Source: Chitinophagales bacterium (GTDB lineage: Bacteria > Bacteroidota > Bacteroidia > Chitinophagales > JADIYW01). Taken from it: a stretch of 64,000 nucleotides of DNA. Location: assembly GCA_020636545.1 (NCBI GenBank), contig JACJXS010000010.1:9611-73610 (forward strand). The letters run 5' to 3'. The notes under the pieces are model-generated. The model saw only the letters and a program-made list of their open reading frames with translations, was not told the origin of the DNA and made no database searches. The number at the start of each line of letters is the position of its first letter. The first letter of the stretch is position 1. The position numbers were made by a program, and so were the translations under genes. Positions 49,465 to 59,273 of the stretch are shown here, piece by piece.

Positions 49465-52140
49465 TTATTCTGGTTCAAATCCTAATATAAATGTGATGTT
49501 TCCATTTTTACCTATATAGTCAAATAAGCCAGATGCTTTAGTTAAGTTACTACCATTAGCATTATCAAAACGTATGCCATAATCAATTCCAATCAAACCA
49601 AACATTGGCAATATTGCTCTAATACCAACACCCACACTCTTTTTCAATTTGAATGGATTATAATCCGAAATTGATTTGTAAGTATTTGCTGCTTCTGCAA
49701 ATATTAATCCATATACTGTTGCTGTCGGATTTAAAGAGAATGGATATCTTAATTCTAATAAAAATTTAGTAAATATTGGGTCGCCACCATCCGTAGAATA
49801 TGGTCCTTCATAACCTCTCTGTGCCAAGATAGTTGTTCCAAATAAAGTAATCGTTGAAGGAATACCATTTCCACCCATTTGGAATCTTTCAAATGGTGTT
49901 ACGCCAATTTTTTTATTGTAAGTACCCAAGAAACCAAATTTAGCACCTAAACGTAATACCAATGGCTTTTTTGCACTTTTAGAAAGTGGTGTAAACCATT
50001 CAAAATTAACTCTCCACTTGTGGTATTCTAACCACTTATATTTTTCGGAATCTGAAATTCCATTATAATCAAAATTCTTTCCTCTAAATAATGAATATGG
50101 TGGTGTAAATTGTACAGACGCAGAAATATTAGAACCAGAAGTTGGGAATGTTGGGTTATTAATAGAATTTCTTGACAAAGATAGACTAAAATTTAAGTTA
50201 TTAAATTTACCATCTGTCAATGCTTTTCCATTCACAAAATATCTACCACCAAAATTTTGCAACTGATAACCATAATAATCTGCTGAAGCTTGGAATACAA
50301 AATAATCATCTGGTTTTTTCAATCTTGTACCTAAAGCAACTGACAAACCATTGGTTACTTGCTTACCTAATACTTCTTTATTTAAAACATCTTGCAAACG
50401 AGAACGGAATGCAGAGAATGTAAATGCATTTGGCTTTTTGCCACCTAACCAAGGTTCTGTAAATGAGAAACTATAATTTTGATAACGCTTTCCATTTGTT
50501 TCTGCACGCACTGAGAATTGTTGGCCATCTCCAGTTGGCAATGGCGACCAAGCTCCTTTCTTAAACATATTTCTCAATGAAAAATTATTAAACTTCAAAC
50601 CTAAAGTACCTATTAAGCCACCTTGTTGTCCACCCCAACCTGCTGAAAGTTCAATTTGGTCTGCAGATTTTTCTTTCACCGTATAATGAATATCTACAGT
50701 TCCATCAGTTGGATTTGGAATTGGCACTACCTGAGTCTCTTGTGGGTCAATGAAGCCTAAGTTTGCTAATTCTCTTTGTGAACGTATCAGGTTAGAACGA
50801 CTGAATTTATCACCTGGATAAGTTCTTAATTCTCTTCGGATAACGTGTTCATTCGTTTTATCATTTCCATCAATAATGATATTCTTAATCGTTGCTTGAG
50901 AACCTTCGTTTACTCTCAATTCTATATCTATAGTGTCATTATAAACCGCAGTTTCAATTGGGTTGATATTAAAAAAGAGATAACCATCATCATAATACAA
51001 TGAACTAATATCGCCATTTTCCATATCGCCATTGATACGTTTTTGTAATAATTCTGCGTTATATACATCGCCTTTTTTGATACCTAATTGTGTACTTAAC
51101 ACATCTGAAGTATATTTAGTATTGCCTTTAAAAGTAATATTTCCAAAATAATATTTATTGCCTTCCTCCACTTTAATTTTGACATCTACAACACCTGTTG
51201 GTTTAACAACGACTGTATCATAAACTATTTTGGCATCACGATATCCGACTGTATTATAATAATTGATAAGACTTACTTTATCTTCTTCATATTTATCTTC
51301 ATTAAACTTGGTGCCTTTAAAAGAAATTCTAAATCGTTCAGCAAAGAAATCTTTTATAGAAGTCAAATTCAAATTTCCGAGTGTATATAAAGTGTTTTTG
51401 ATTTTTTGTTTTCTTGAATATTCGGGGTGTGCATTATATCCTAAATCAATTTTAGTTTGCTCACGAGTATTTTTCATTGCCTTTCTTACTTTAGACAATT
51501 CAATATTCTCACGTCCATCAACCACTACAGAATTAATTAATGCTTTAGGGCCTTTATCAATATTAATAATCACTGAAGCACTATTGACTAAAGTGGAGTC
51601 TTTAATTTGTACGACATCAATAATTGGATGTAAATAAGATTTTCCTTCTAAATAATCTGCAATAATGTTTTTAATATTAGCGTTAAGTGCATCTGTCATT
51701 GGTTTTGCTCTTAATCCATCTAACATTTTAGTCAGTTCATCTTTTTCTCCTTTTTTGACACCTTGAACTGTAATAGTATTTAATCTTGGTTTTTCTACAA
51801 CAATGATATCCAAATAAATTTTATCTCCTTCAATTTTAGAAGCCTGAATTTCTACATCACCAAATAATCCTTGTTTCCATAGATTTTTAATTGCTTTTGC
51901 AATATCATCACCAGGCACTGTAATATTATCTCCTACTTTCAATCCACTTAAAGAACGAATAATATTTTTATCTAAAAAATTTGTTCCAATGATATCTACA
52001 GATTCTATCTTAAAACTTTTAGGCTTTTTATAATCTAATATAAATGTATTATCGCTCGCTTCTTCTTGAGCAACTGCATTTGGAATAATGATAAAAAAGA
52101 AAAATAAGCTAAAGAGTATGTTGGTTATTTTATGACCCAT
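49465..52140 (-). CDS. bamA: outer membrane protein assembly factor BamA
   Basis: 891 aa with POTRA repeats followed by a C-terminal Omp85 barrel ending ...ITFILGFEPE. Flanked by uppS and ompH as usual in Bacteroidota. Confidence 0.9.
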   Translation of the reverse strand: MGHKITNILFSLFFFFIIIPNAVAQEEASDNTFILDYKKPKSFKIESVDIIGTNFLDKNIIRSLSGLKVGDNITVPGDDIAKAIKNLWKQGLFGDVEIQASKIEGDKIYLDIIVVEKPRLNTITVQGVKKGEKDELTKMLDGLRAKPMTDALNANIKNIIADYLEGKSYLHPIIDVVQIKDSTLVNSASVIINIDKGPKALINSVVVDGRENIELSKVRKAMKNTREQTKIDLGYNAHPEYSRKQKIKNTLYTLGNLNLTSIKDFFAERFRISFKGTKFNEDKYEEDKVSLINYYNTVGYRDAKIVYDTVVVKPTGVVDVKIKVEEGNKYYFGNITFKGNTKYTSDVLSTQLGIKKGDVYNAELLQKRINGDMENGDISSLYYDDGYLFFNINPIETAVYNDTIDIELRVNEGSQATIKNIIIDGNDKTNEHVIRRELRTYPGDKFSRSNLIRSQRELANLGFIDPQETQVVPIPNPTDGTVDIHYTVKEKSADQIELSAGWGGQQGGLIGTLGLKFNNFSLRNMFKKGAWSPLPTGDGQQFSVRAETNGKRYQNYSFSFTEPWLGGKKPNAFTFSAFRSRLQDVLNKEVLGKQVTNGLSVALGTRLKKPDDYFVFQASADYYGYQLQNFGGRYFVNGKALTDGKFNNLNFSLSLSRNSINNPTFPTSGSNISASVQFTPPYSLFRGKNFDYNGISDSEKYKWLEYHKWRVNFEWFTPLSKSAKKPLVLRLGAKFGFLGTYNKKIGVTPFERFQMGGNGIPSTITLFGTTILAQRGYEGPYSTDGGDPIFTKFLLELRYPFSLNPTATVYGLIFAEAANTYKSISDYNPFKLKKSVGVGIRAILPMFGLIGIDYGIRFDNANGSNLTKASGLFDYIGKNGNITFILGFEPE

Positions 52141-52155
52141 TTATATTTGAAATTA

Positions 52156-52920
52156 TTATTGATGAATTTGTTCTGTTGTTTTACCGAATCTTCTTTCTCG
52201 TTGTTGATACTCTACAATCGCTTGAAAAATACATTCTTTATTATAATCTGGCCAAAGAACTGGCGTGAAATAAAATTCGGCATAAGCTAATTGCCAAAGT
52301 AAAAAATTACTCACTCTATGTTCTCCACTTGTTCTAATCATTAAATCTGGATTTGGCATATTCTTGGTATATAAGTACTGCCCAATTAGTTCTGGATTGA
52401 TATCATTTGGCTTTAATTTATCAGCCAAACAGTCTAAAGCAATATTTTTTACAGCGTTCGTAATCTCTTCTTGTGAACCATAACTCAATGCTAAAGTTAA
52501 TGTCATTCGAGTATTTTGTTTGGTCGCTTCAATTGTTTCTTTTAAAGCTTCACGACTTTTTTCAGGTAAAGAATCAATATTTCCTATTGCATTCAGACGA
52601 ATATTGTTTTTTTGCAAAGTCTTAATTTCTCTTTTAATCGTCAATGCCAATAATTCCATTAAAGCAGAAACTTCAAGCTGAGGTCGGTTCCAATTTTCAG
52701 TAGAGAATGCATAAAGAGTCAAGTATTTAACACCAATTTCAGCACAAGCTTCAGATACTTCACGCACAGCTTGAACGCCATTCTTATGCCCAAACACACG
52801 CAATTTCCCTTTTTGTTTCGCCCATCTTCCGTTGCCATCCATAATAATAGCGATATGCTCTGGCAATCTGTCCTTATCTACTAATTCTTTATAAATAATA
52901 TTTTTAGCTTCTGCTTTCAT
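52156..52920 (-). CDS. uppS: isoprenyl transferase (undecaprenyl-diphosphate synthase)
   Basis: HIAIIMDGNGRWA, LTLYAFSTENW.RP and RTSGE.R.SNFLLWQ.AYAEF. Confidence 0.95.
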   Translation of the reverse strand: MKAEAKNIIYKELVDKDRLPEHIAIIMDGNGRWAKQKGKLRVFGHKNGVQAVREVSEACAEIGVKYLTLYAFSTENWNRPQLEVSALMELLALTIKREIKTLQKNNIRLNAIGNIDSLPEKSREALKETIEATKQNTRMTLTLALSYGSQEEITNAVKNIALDCLADKLKPNDINPELIGQYLYTKNMPNPDLMIRTSGEHRVSNFLLWQLAYAEFYFTPVLWPDYNKECIFQAIVEYQQRERRFGKTTEQIHQ

Positions 52921-53756
52921 TAAAAAACTTTAGGGCATTTTGTTTCAAAAATAGTATAAGTAATGCCAACTCCAACAAATAGAAATCTGTCTTTATCACT
53001 TGAAGTGCCTCTTTGCTTATTTGTAACACCAATTTTTGGTCCTACTTCAGTTGATTTATCATAAATAAATTCTCCAATATTTACGCCATTTTCATAATAA
53101 TTAATATGACTAATATCTGGATAAACACCACTTACATCATCTAAGAAATCAGAGAAAACAAAACGGCTACTTACTTCAAAATTCAATGCCCAATTTTGCG
53201 TAAGTGCATATTTTATACCAAACCCATAAGGAATTGCAAACGCATAGCTATTATAACCTTTTGTTCTGCTCTGCACATTCGTAGATTTTTGTCCTTCGGT
53301 GCCAACATATTCCAATTTATATTTTTTACCATTATATTCCGAAACTGGATTATTATAAAAAATACTTCCACCAGCAAAGATATAAGGTGTCCATGTCTTC
53401 ACATTTCGACCACCTACAGGAGAATAAGCAAAGAAATTAATTTCATAATTTCCAGCAACTTCAATAATTTGAGAGGAAAAATCAAGGTTTCGATGTAGCA
53501 AATAAGGGTAACGCTTTAGATAACTATCTTTAGCTTGCAAATAAGCATAATTCACACCAGCCCTAAAAGACATTCTATTATTAATATTATATCTAAAAAA
53601 CAAACCAGTGCCTATTCTTGCATTCTTAAAAGACATATTTGGATTCAAATCTCCGAGATAAACCGCAACACCTGCCCAAGCTCCAAATTCTTTTTCTTGT
53701 GCTTGTACATTAAATTTGCAGAATACTCCCAGCATAATTAGACAAAATATTTTCAA
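52920..53756 (-). CDS. outer-membrane beta-barrel protein (DUF6089-like)
   Basis: Signal peptide, alternating aromatic/Gly strands, and the conserved position upstream of uppS in Flavobacteriia (from memory). Confidence 0.55.
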   Translation of the reverse strand: MKIFCLIMLGVFCKFNVQAQEKEFGAWAGVAVYLGDLNPNMSFKNARIGTGLFFRYNINNRMSFRAGVNYAYLQAKDSYLKRYPYLLHRNLDFSSQIIEVAGNYEINFFAYSPVGGRNVKTWTPYIFAGGSIFYNNPVSEYNGKKYKLEYVGTEGQKSTNVQSRTKGYNSYAFAIPYGFGIKYALTQNWALNFEVSSRFVFSDFLDDVSGVYPDISHINYYENGVNIGEFIYDKSTEVGPKIGVTNKQRGTSSDKDRFLFVGVGITYTIFETKCPKVF

Positions 53757-53984
53757 TCCTTTTTTCAGAAAAAGCTAATTTTCCAACAAAGATAAGATTT
53801 TCAGTCAATTTTTGATATAAAACCAATGCAAAACCCATTATTTTTTAGGTTTTAAAATTATTTAACAAACAATAATTGAACAAATTATGTGGAAATAAAT
53901 AGTTCGTCGTATATAATATAGACTTCTAAAACAAAAATCTATTTTTAAATGAAATTAAAATACCCTAAAGTTCCAAAAGATATA

Positions 53985-54209
53985 TTATTCTATCACTTGA
54001 ATTATATTTACTGGACAAGCTTTGGCGGCTGCAATATTACTATCTAATTCGTCCTCACGAACCTTAACACTCCAAAATCCTTTTTTATCAATAGCACCCA
54101 ACAACACACTTTTACCATCTTTTTTACTCATTCGCCAACGTTGTGGAGCTAATTCTACACAGTAATTACAGCCAATACATTTTGCTCTTTGTTGGATAAT
54201 TGTTATCAT
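53985..54209 (-). CDS. small single-cluster ferredoxin
   Basis: 74 aa; CIGCNYC...ACP (CxxCxxC...CP). The start overlaps the U32 stop in ATGA. Confidence 0.75.
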   Translation of the reverse strand: MITIIQQRAKCIGCNYCVELAPQRWRMSKKDGKSVLLGAIDKKGFWSVKVREDELDSNIAAAKACPVNIIQVIE

Positions 54210-55450
54210 ACTAAGGTTGCATCAACAATTTTATATAATTTATCGCTTGTTCTAATCGGCGTATCTAATTTGAAAGCACAGGACTCTCCTTTTTTTGCTG
54301 TATTTACTGCACCTTTATCATTGTGTAACTCTTCGATGGTTGTTTCAATGGCACCTGTAGTTGGTCCAGTTATTAATATTTTATCGCCAACACTTAATTC
54401 GTAAGATTCTAACTTAAACTCTGCCACCTTAATTTTATCAAAATAATGAACACCTTTACCCAAAAATATTTTCTTCGTAGTTGCTTTTGAACCAGGCGCA
54501 TCATTCCACTCGCCCAATTTCTGACCTAAGTAATAACCACTCCAAAAACCTCGATTATAAACACTTTTCAAACGCTCCATCCATTCAGCAACTTTTTCTT
54601 TAGTATAAGTTCCTGCTTGATAGCTATCAATCGCTTCTCGATAGCACTCCACAGTTGTTTTTACATAATCAGCACCTTTTCCCCGACCTTCAATTTTTAA
54701 GACAGTAACACCAGCATCTAAAACTTGGTCTAAGAAGTCTATTGTACATAAGTCTTGTGCAGACATGATATATTCATTATCTATTTCTAATTCATGTCCA
54801 TCTTCATTATCGATGACTTTATAACTTCTTCTACAATTTTGTACACAAGCACCTCGATTGGCTGATGCATTTGCAGTATGCAAACTTAAATAACATTTGC
54901 CTGATACTGCCATACACAAGGCCCCATGTCCAAAAATCTCTATCTCAATCAATCTACCTGATGGCCCTTTAATTTGTTCTTTCTCAATTATATCCGTAAT
55001 TTTTTTGACTTGAATTAAGCTCAACTCTCTTGAAAGCACAATAGTATCAGCAAATAATGCATAGAATTTTACAGTTTCGATATTCGTAACATTAACTTGA
55101 GTAGAAATGTGTACTTCTAAATTGATACTTCTAGCATAAGCAATTACTGCTTGGTCTGCCGCAATCACAGCAGTTGCTCCAGCACTTTTTGCGGCATCTA
55201 ATACTGTTTTAATAGCCGACAAATCATGATCATAAACGATAGTGTTTAACGTTAAATAGCTACGAACATTATTTTCTTTACAAATTGTACATACTTTTGG
55301 CAAATCCTCTAAAGTAAAGTTCATAGTTGCACGAGCACGCATATTGAATTGCTCAACACCAAAATACACTGAATCACAACCAGCGTGGATAGCTGCCATT
55401 AAAGCCTCATAGCTTCCAGCTGGCGCCATTAGTTCAAATTTCTTTCCCAT
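54206..55450 (-). CDS. peptidase U32 family protein (RlhA/TrhP/UbiU-type, probable Fe-S hydroxylase component)
   Basis: U32 signature EIFGHGALCMAVSGKCYLS; 414 aa. Confidence 0.85.
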   Translation of the reverse strand: MGKKFELMAPAGSYEALMAAIHAGCDSVYFGVEQFNMRARATMNFTLEDLPKVCTICKENNVRSYLTLNTIVYDHDLSAIKTVLDAAKSAGATAVIAADQAVIAYARSINLEVHISTQVNVTNIETVKFYALFADTIVLSRELSLIQVKKITDIIEKEQIKGPSGRLIEIEIFGHGALCMAVSGKCYLSLHTANASANRGACVQNCRRSYKVIDNEDGHELEIDNEYIMSAQDLCTIDFLDQVLDAGVTVLKIEGRGKGADYVKTTVECYREAIDSYQAGTYTKEKVAEWMERLKSVYNRGFWSGYYLGQKLGEWNDAPGSKATTKKIFLGKGVHYFDKIKVAEFKLESYELSVGDKILITGPTTGAIETTIEELHNDKGAVNTAKKGESCAFKLDTPIRTSDKLYKIVDATLV

Positions 55451-55589
55451 AAAATAAAGCAGTCTTCAACACTGCGGTACAAAATTAGGGAATAAATTTA
55501 ATATTAAAAAATATCAAACCTTATAAAATTATTTACCGCAAAAATGCAGTTTATAGTTATGAAAAGGATTTTTTATTAGCCATTCAATT

Positions 55590-55625
55590 AAAAAAAACAA
55601 ACGCACTCCAAATGGAATGCGTTTG
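55590..55625 (-). terminator. rho-independent terminator downstream of the PKD-like lipoprotein gene
   Basis: On the minus strand, AAACGCA-(11 nt)-TGCGTTT followed by a T8-9 run. Confidence 0.6.
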
Positions 55626-55667
55626 CAACAATATAATAATATGGAAAAAATTTGTTATTAATTACTA

Positions 55668-56096
55668 TTAAAAACAGGTGTTATATAGTTTAATTACTTT
55701 GCTACTTGTTGATGATGTTGTTCCTTTTTTTGCTTTTAGTGTGATTGTTCCATTATTGTCCCAACCACAATTTAAACCTTTAAATTTGGACTCATGAAAC
55801 GTAACCTCAATTGGGTCTTTGCTAGTAGTTTCTATAGTTTCACCATTTGGTAATTCCCAAACATAACTATCTGCATTAACAGAATTATTTGTTAGAATAA
55901 TAGTGCCTGCTTGTTCAGCAATTCTTGCTCCCGTAGCGACAACACTAGGTACTAGAATGACTCCATACTGAAGTACTACAGAATCTACAGAAGTTGTGAA
56001 ACTTGATGTTAATTTTGCAGTGTTTTCTTCCTTTTTTTCACAAGCCATTGCTAATATTGCAACAACCGTCATAAATGTTAATACTGTTTTTTTCAT
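55668..56096 (-). CDS. lipoprotein with PKD-like fold (hypothetical)
   Basis: Lipobox LAMAC; TNNSVNADSYVWELPNGETIETTSKDPIEVTF resembles a PKD repeat. Confidence 0.45.
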   Translation of the reverse strand: MKKTVLTFMTVVAILAMACEKKEENTAKLTSSFTTSVDSVVLQYGVILVPSVVATGARIAEQAGTIILTNNSVNADSYVWELPNGETIETTSKDPIEVTFHESKFKGLNCGWDNNGTITLKAKKGTTSSTSSKVIKLYNTCF

Positions 56097-56180
56097 TTTA
56101 AATGTTTTTAATTAATTAATTGTTTATATAATAATGTTTTTGATACGCACAAAAATAAATAGTTATATTTTTGCTTGTAC

Positions 56181-56195
56181 TACCCAAAAAGGGTA
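56181..56195. promoter_or_regulatory. palindrome TACCC-N5-GGGTA in the divergent promoter region (candidate response-regulator site)
   Basis: Seen directly in the sequence. It lies between the divergent lipoprotein gene and the sensor kinase gene. Confidence 0.2.
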
Positions 56196-56270
56196 GGGTA
56201 AGCTACTTTCGAGATTGTTATTTTCGTATAGCAGTTTTAATTTTTTTTACAAATAAAATATTCTGCATTT

Positions 56271-57548
56271 ATGTCTGTCTTAAAATATTTTTTGCACCCA
56301 ACACTCAACAATCCAGCTCACGAAGATTATCGTAAAGCGTCTATCTTTGTATATACTTCATTTGTTACTTGTTTGTTCTTAATTATTTATAATATTTATT
56401 TTCTGTTTTTTGAATGGGATAACACTCTAAAAATAATAACTAACCTTGTTGGAACATTAACATTTGTTTTGGGATTTGTTTATTTTAAATACAGCGATAA
56501 CCTAAAGAAATCTTTGAGTATTTTTATGATTATGTGTTATCCATCTTCGTTAATTAGTATTTATCATACAGGTGGAATTTTTTCTGCAGACATTATATGG
56601 GTTGCTCTTCTAATTGTAAGTGCTTATTTGTTTATCAATATTACTATTGGAAGCATTATTTCAGCCATATCAATAATATACTTGACGATTCTATATTTTA
56701 TGGATACTTATGGTAACCCTGCTTTTAAAAATTATATTATAGAAAACTCATCAACGCATAATATTTTCACTTTTGGATTTGTTATTTTATTGATGTCTTC
56801 TCTTTTAATTTCATTTAATAAAGTTTTGCAAAGAACTAATCAAAAATTAGAAACCCTTAAACAAGAACAAATTGAAGAATTACAAGAAAAAATTAAAGAA
56901 AAAACTGAAGAACTAAATCTTTTAAGAAAAGATTTAGCAAAAGATTTCCATGATGAAATGGGCAATAAACTGGCAAGTATTACTATACTTTCCCAATCTA
57001 TTGGCTTGAAAATGGACATAGGAAAAAGTGAAGCAGAAATAAAAAAATTACTAAACACAATAGAAGAAAGATCAATAGAATTATATCATGGAACAAAAGA
57101 TTTTATTTGGTCAATAGATTTTAAAAGCGATTATATTGATGAATGGTTTATTTATACACGTGATTTTGGCGAAGATTTTTTTGAAAAATTAGGCATCAGC
57201 TTTTACTCTAGTTCTGATATTAAACAAGACAGTAACTTAACTTTTGACACAAATGTAAGTAGGCAACTGATTTATATTTTGAAAGAAATAATGACGAACA
57301 CAGCCAAACATTCAAACGCCACACAAACTAATTTACAACTTTTGCTGTTACAAGAAACCAACGAAATTGATATTGTTTTTTCAGATAATGGAAATGGTTT
57401 TAATATCGAAAATATTCAACAAAGAGGTATAAATAATATTAGAGAACGTATTGCAAAAATTAATGGAAAATTAGATATCAATTCTGACAAAACGACTGGA
57501 AGTGTTTTTAAAATTAGACTTCCACTACAACATAACTATAAACTTTAA
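56271..57548 (+). CDS. membrane sensor histidine kinase (HisKA_3 / NarX-type core)
   Basis: About 6 N-terminal TM segments, a coiled coil, H-box DFHDEMGNKLASI, N-box EIMTNTAKHSNA and G-box SDNGNGF. Confidence 0.8.
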   Translation: MSVLKYFLHPTLNNPAHEDYRKASIFVYTSFVTCLFLIIYNIYFLFFEWDNTLKIITNLVGTLTFVLGFVYFKYSDNLKKSLSIFMIMCYPSSLISIYHTGGIFSADIIWVALLIVSAYLFINITIGSIISAISIIYLTILYFMDTYGNPAFKNYIIENSSTHNIFTFGFVILLMSSLLISFNKVLQRTNQKLETLKQEQIEELQEKIKEKTEELNLLRKDLAKDFHDEMGNKLASITILSQSIGLKMDIGKSEAEIKKLLNTIEERSIELYHGTKDFIWSIDFKSDYIDEWFIYTRDFGEDFFEKLGISFYSSSDIKQDSNLTFDTNVSRQLIYILKEIMTNTAKHSNATQTNLQLLLLQETNEIDIVFSDNGNGFNIENIQQRGINNIRERIAKINGKLDINSDKTTGSVFKIRLPLQHNYKL

Positions 57549-57558
57549 AACAAACAAA

Positions 57559-58191
57559 ATGAAATCAGAATTAAAAAAAATTGTAATTATTGAAGATAAT
57601 CCAGATGTTGGTTCTGGCTTTGAATTGTTGATTAATGCAACAGAAAATTACAAAGTAATTCAGGTTTTTGAAAATTGTAAAGATGCCTTAGTAGATATAA
57701 AAACGTTAAAACCCGATATTGTTCTAATGGATATTGATTTACCAGGAATGAATGGTATCGAAGGTACATCAATTATAAAATCATTATTGCCTAAAACTGA
57801 AATTATTATTATTACAGTTTTTGAAAACAGCGAACGTGTTTTTGGCGCAATGAATGCGGGAGCTTCTGGCTATCTTACAAAAAACAATGGCTATAAAGAA
57901 TTGATTGATGCACTAGACGAAGTCGTAAAAGGTGGAGCTCCAATGAGTGCAAAGATTGCAAGAATGGTGGTAAAATCTTTTGCGAAAGAAACAATTAACA
58001 ATCCACTTTCCAAACAAGAATCTAAAGTACTTTCGCAATTGGCAGAAGGTAAAAGTTATAAATCTATTTCTAATTTACTTGATGTTACTTTAGATACTGT
58101 CAAATTTCACATCAAAAATATTTACATCAAACTTCAAGTAAACAACAAAGAAGATGCCATTTCAGAAGGAAAGAAAAATAAGTATATATAA
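57559..58191 (+). CDS. NarL/LuxR-family response regulator
   Basis: Receiver domain (IVIIEDNPDV...DIVLMDIDLPGMNG) and a C-terminal LuxR HTH (LSKQESKVLSQLAEGKSYKSISNLL). The start is moved to the ATG at 57559. Confidence 0.9.
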   Translation: MKSELKKIVIIEDNPDVGSGFELLINATENYKVIQVFENCKDALVDIKTLKPDIVLMDIDLPGMNGIEGTSIIKSLLPKTEIIIITVFENSERVFGAMNAGASGYLTKNNGYKELIDALDEVVKGGAPMSAKIARMVVKSFAKETINNPLSKQESKVLSQLAEGKSYKSISNLLDVTLDTVKFHIKNIYIKLQVNNKEDAISEGKKNKYI

Positions 58192-58229
58192 TTCAATAAT
58201 GAAATAAATTAAATTATAGTCAGATAAAA

Positions 58230-58490
58230 CTATTCATAATATAATTTATAGTTTGCATTTCGCCCTCCTTCATCTGTTGGTTTCAAAATGCCTTTTTCTA
58301 TTAAGTCTTTTATATCTCGTAAGGCAGTGTCGGTAGAAGTTTTGGTAATTTTTGCCCATTTTGAAGTTTGCAACTTCCCATCAAAACCGTCAAAAAGTTT
58401 ATTAAGCATTAGTCGCTGTCTTTCATTAATAGGTGTTGCTGTAATAGATTCCAAAATACAAAACATACACCAATTATTGAACAAAACCAA
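58230..58490 (-). pseudogene. C-terminal remnant of a Fic/DOC family protein
   Basis: INERQRLMLNKLFDGFDGKLQTSKWAKITKTSTDTALRDIKDLIEKGIL matches the C-terminal winged-helix of long Fic proteins. The ~250-aa Fic core upstream is missing. Confidence 0.6.
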
Positions 58491-58786
58491 ATAAAATATA
58501 AAATTACTAATAGTGCTCTTCTAGTAATAAACGCAACACATAAGATTTACCACTTCTTCAGATAGCAGTGATAATCTTGACTTGCGGCTTGTCGATAAAT
58601 GGTACTATCTGCTGAATGTATGTATTTCGCTCTATCATATTTTTATGGTTACAACCATAAAAATAATAATAAAATTTAAGTTTTTATGGATATGGTCTAA
58701 AAAAGTTTGGGCTTTGACAACGATCAACCACCATTCGGCTTCTTATTTAGACTAATCTCAATCTTCGTTACTCCATTGATTTTGAG

Positions 58787-59203
58787 TTAGAAGGATTTGT
58801 TCCATTTGGGCAAACAAGCATAGATTTCAAAATACCGCTGTAATAGCAACCCTTCAACAAAGCTAGGTAAGTCTTGATATTGTTCGTCCATAGTAACAAA
58901 CCAATAGATATCTAAAGCATCAATATTTTCTAACTCAATTTTTTGAAGAAAGTATTGTTCCCTATTCATACCATCTTGCTTATTGTTCAATCTTTGATTT
59001 AAAAGCTGTTCTTTAAATTGACCATTTTGTTGTATTGAACCCGATTTCCCTATATAAACTAATTCCACTTTACCTTTTGCCAATTTTATTACATAATAAA
59101 CACCTGGCAAATTCGGCACATCTTTACTTTTAGTTTTAAGAACATCTCCTTTTTCAAAGAAAAAATGACCTTTATTTTTATATTTTGCTAGTTCGTCAAA
59201 CAT
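58787..59203 (-). CDS. GIY-YIG-like small protein (hypothetical)
   Basis: LPGVYYVIKL...VELVYIGKSG resembles the GIY...YIG motif; 138 aa. Confidence 0.45.
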   Translation of the reverse strand: MFDELAKYKNKGHFFFEKGDVLKTKSKDVPNLPGVYYVIKLAKGKVELVYIGKSGSIQQNGQFKEQLLNQRLNNKQDGMNREQYFLQKIELENIDALDIYWFVTMDEQYQDLPSFVEGLLLQRYFEIYACLPKWNKSF

Positions 59204-59273
59204 ATTTAATTTTTTTATTGCAAATAGTTAAATAATTTAATCTTACATTTTGGAATTCCCACCAAATTTAAGA

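Noticed and set aside
58639-58664. Palindrome ATTTTTATGGTT-AC-AACCATAAAAAT considered as a stand-alone regulatory or RNA element.
   Set aside because: It is an almost pure AT stem about 125 nt downstream of the GIY-YIG-like gene. It is most simply a weak terminator or debris within the decayed Fic region, so it is reported only as part of that finding.
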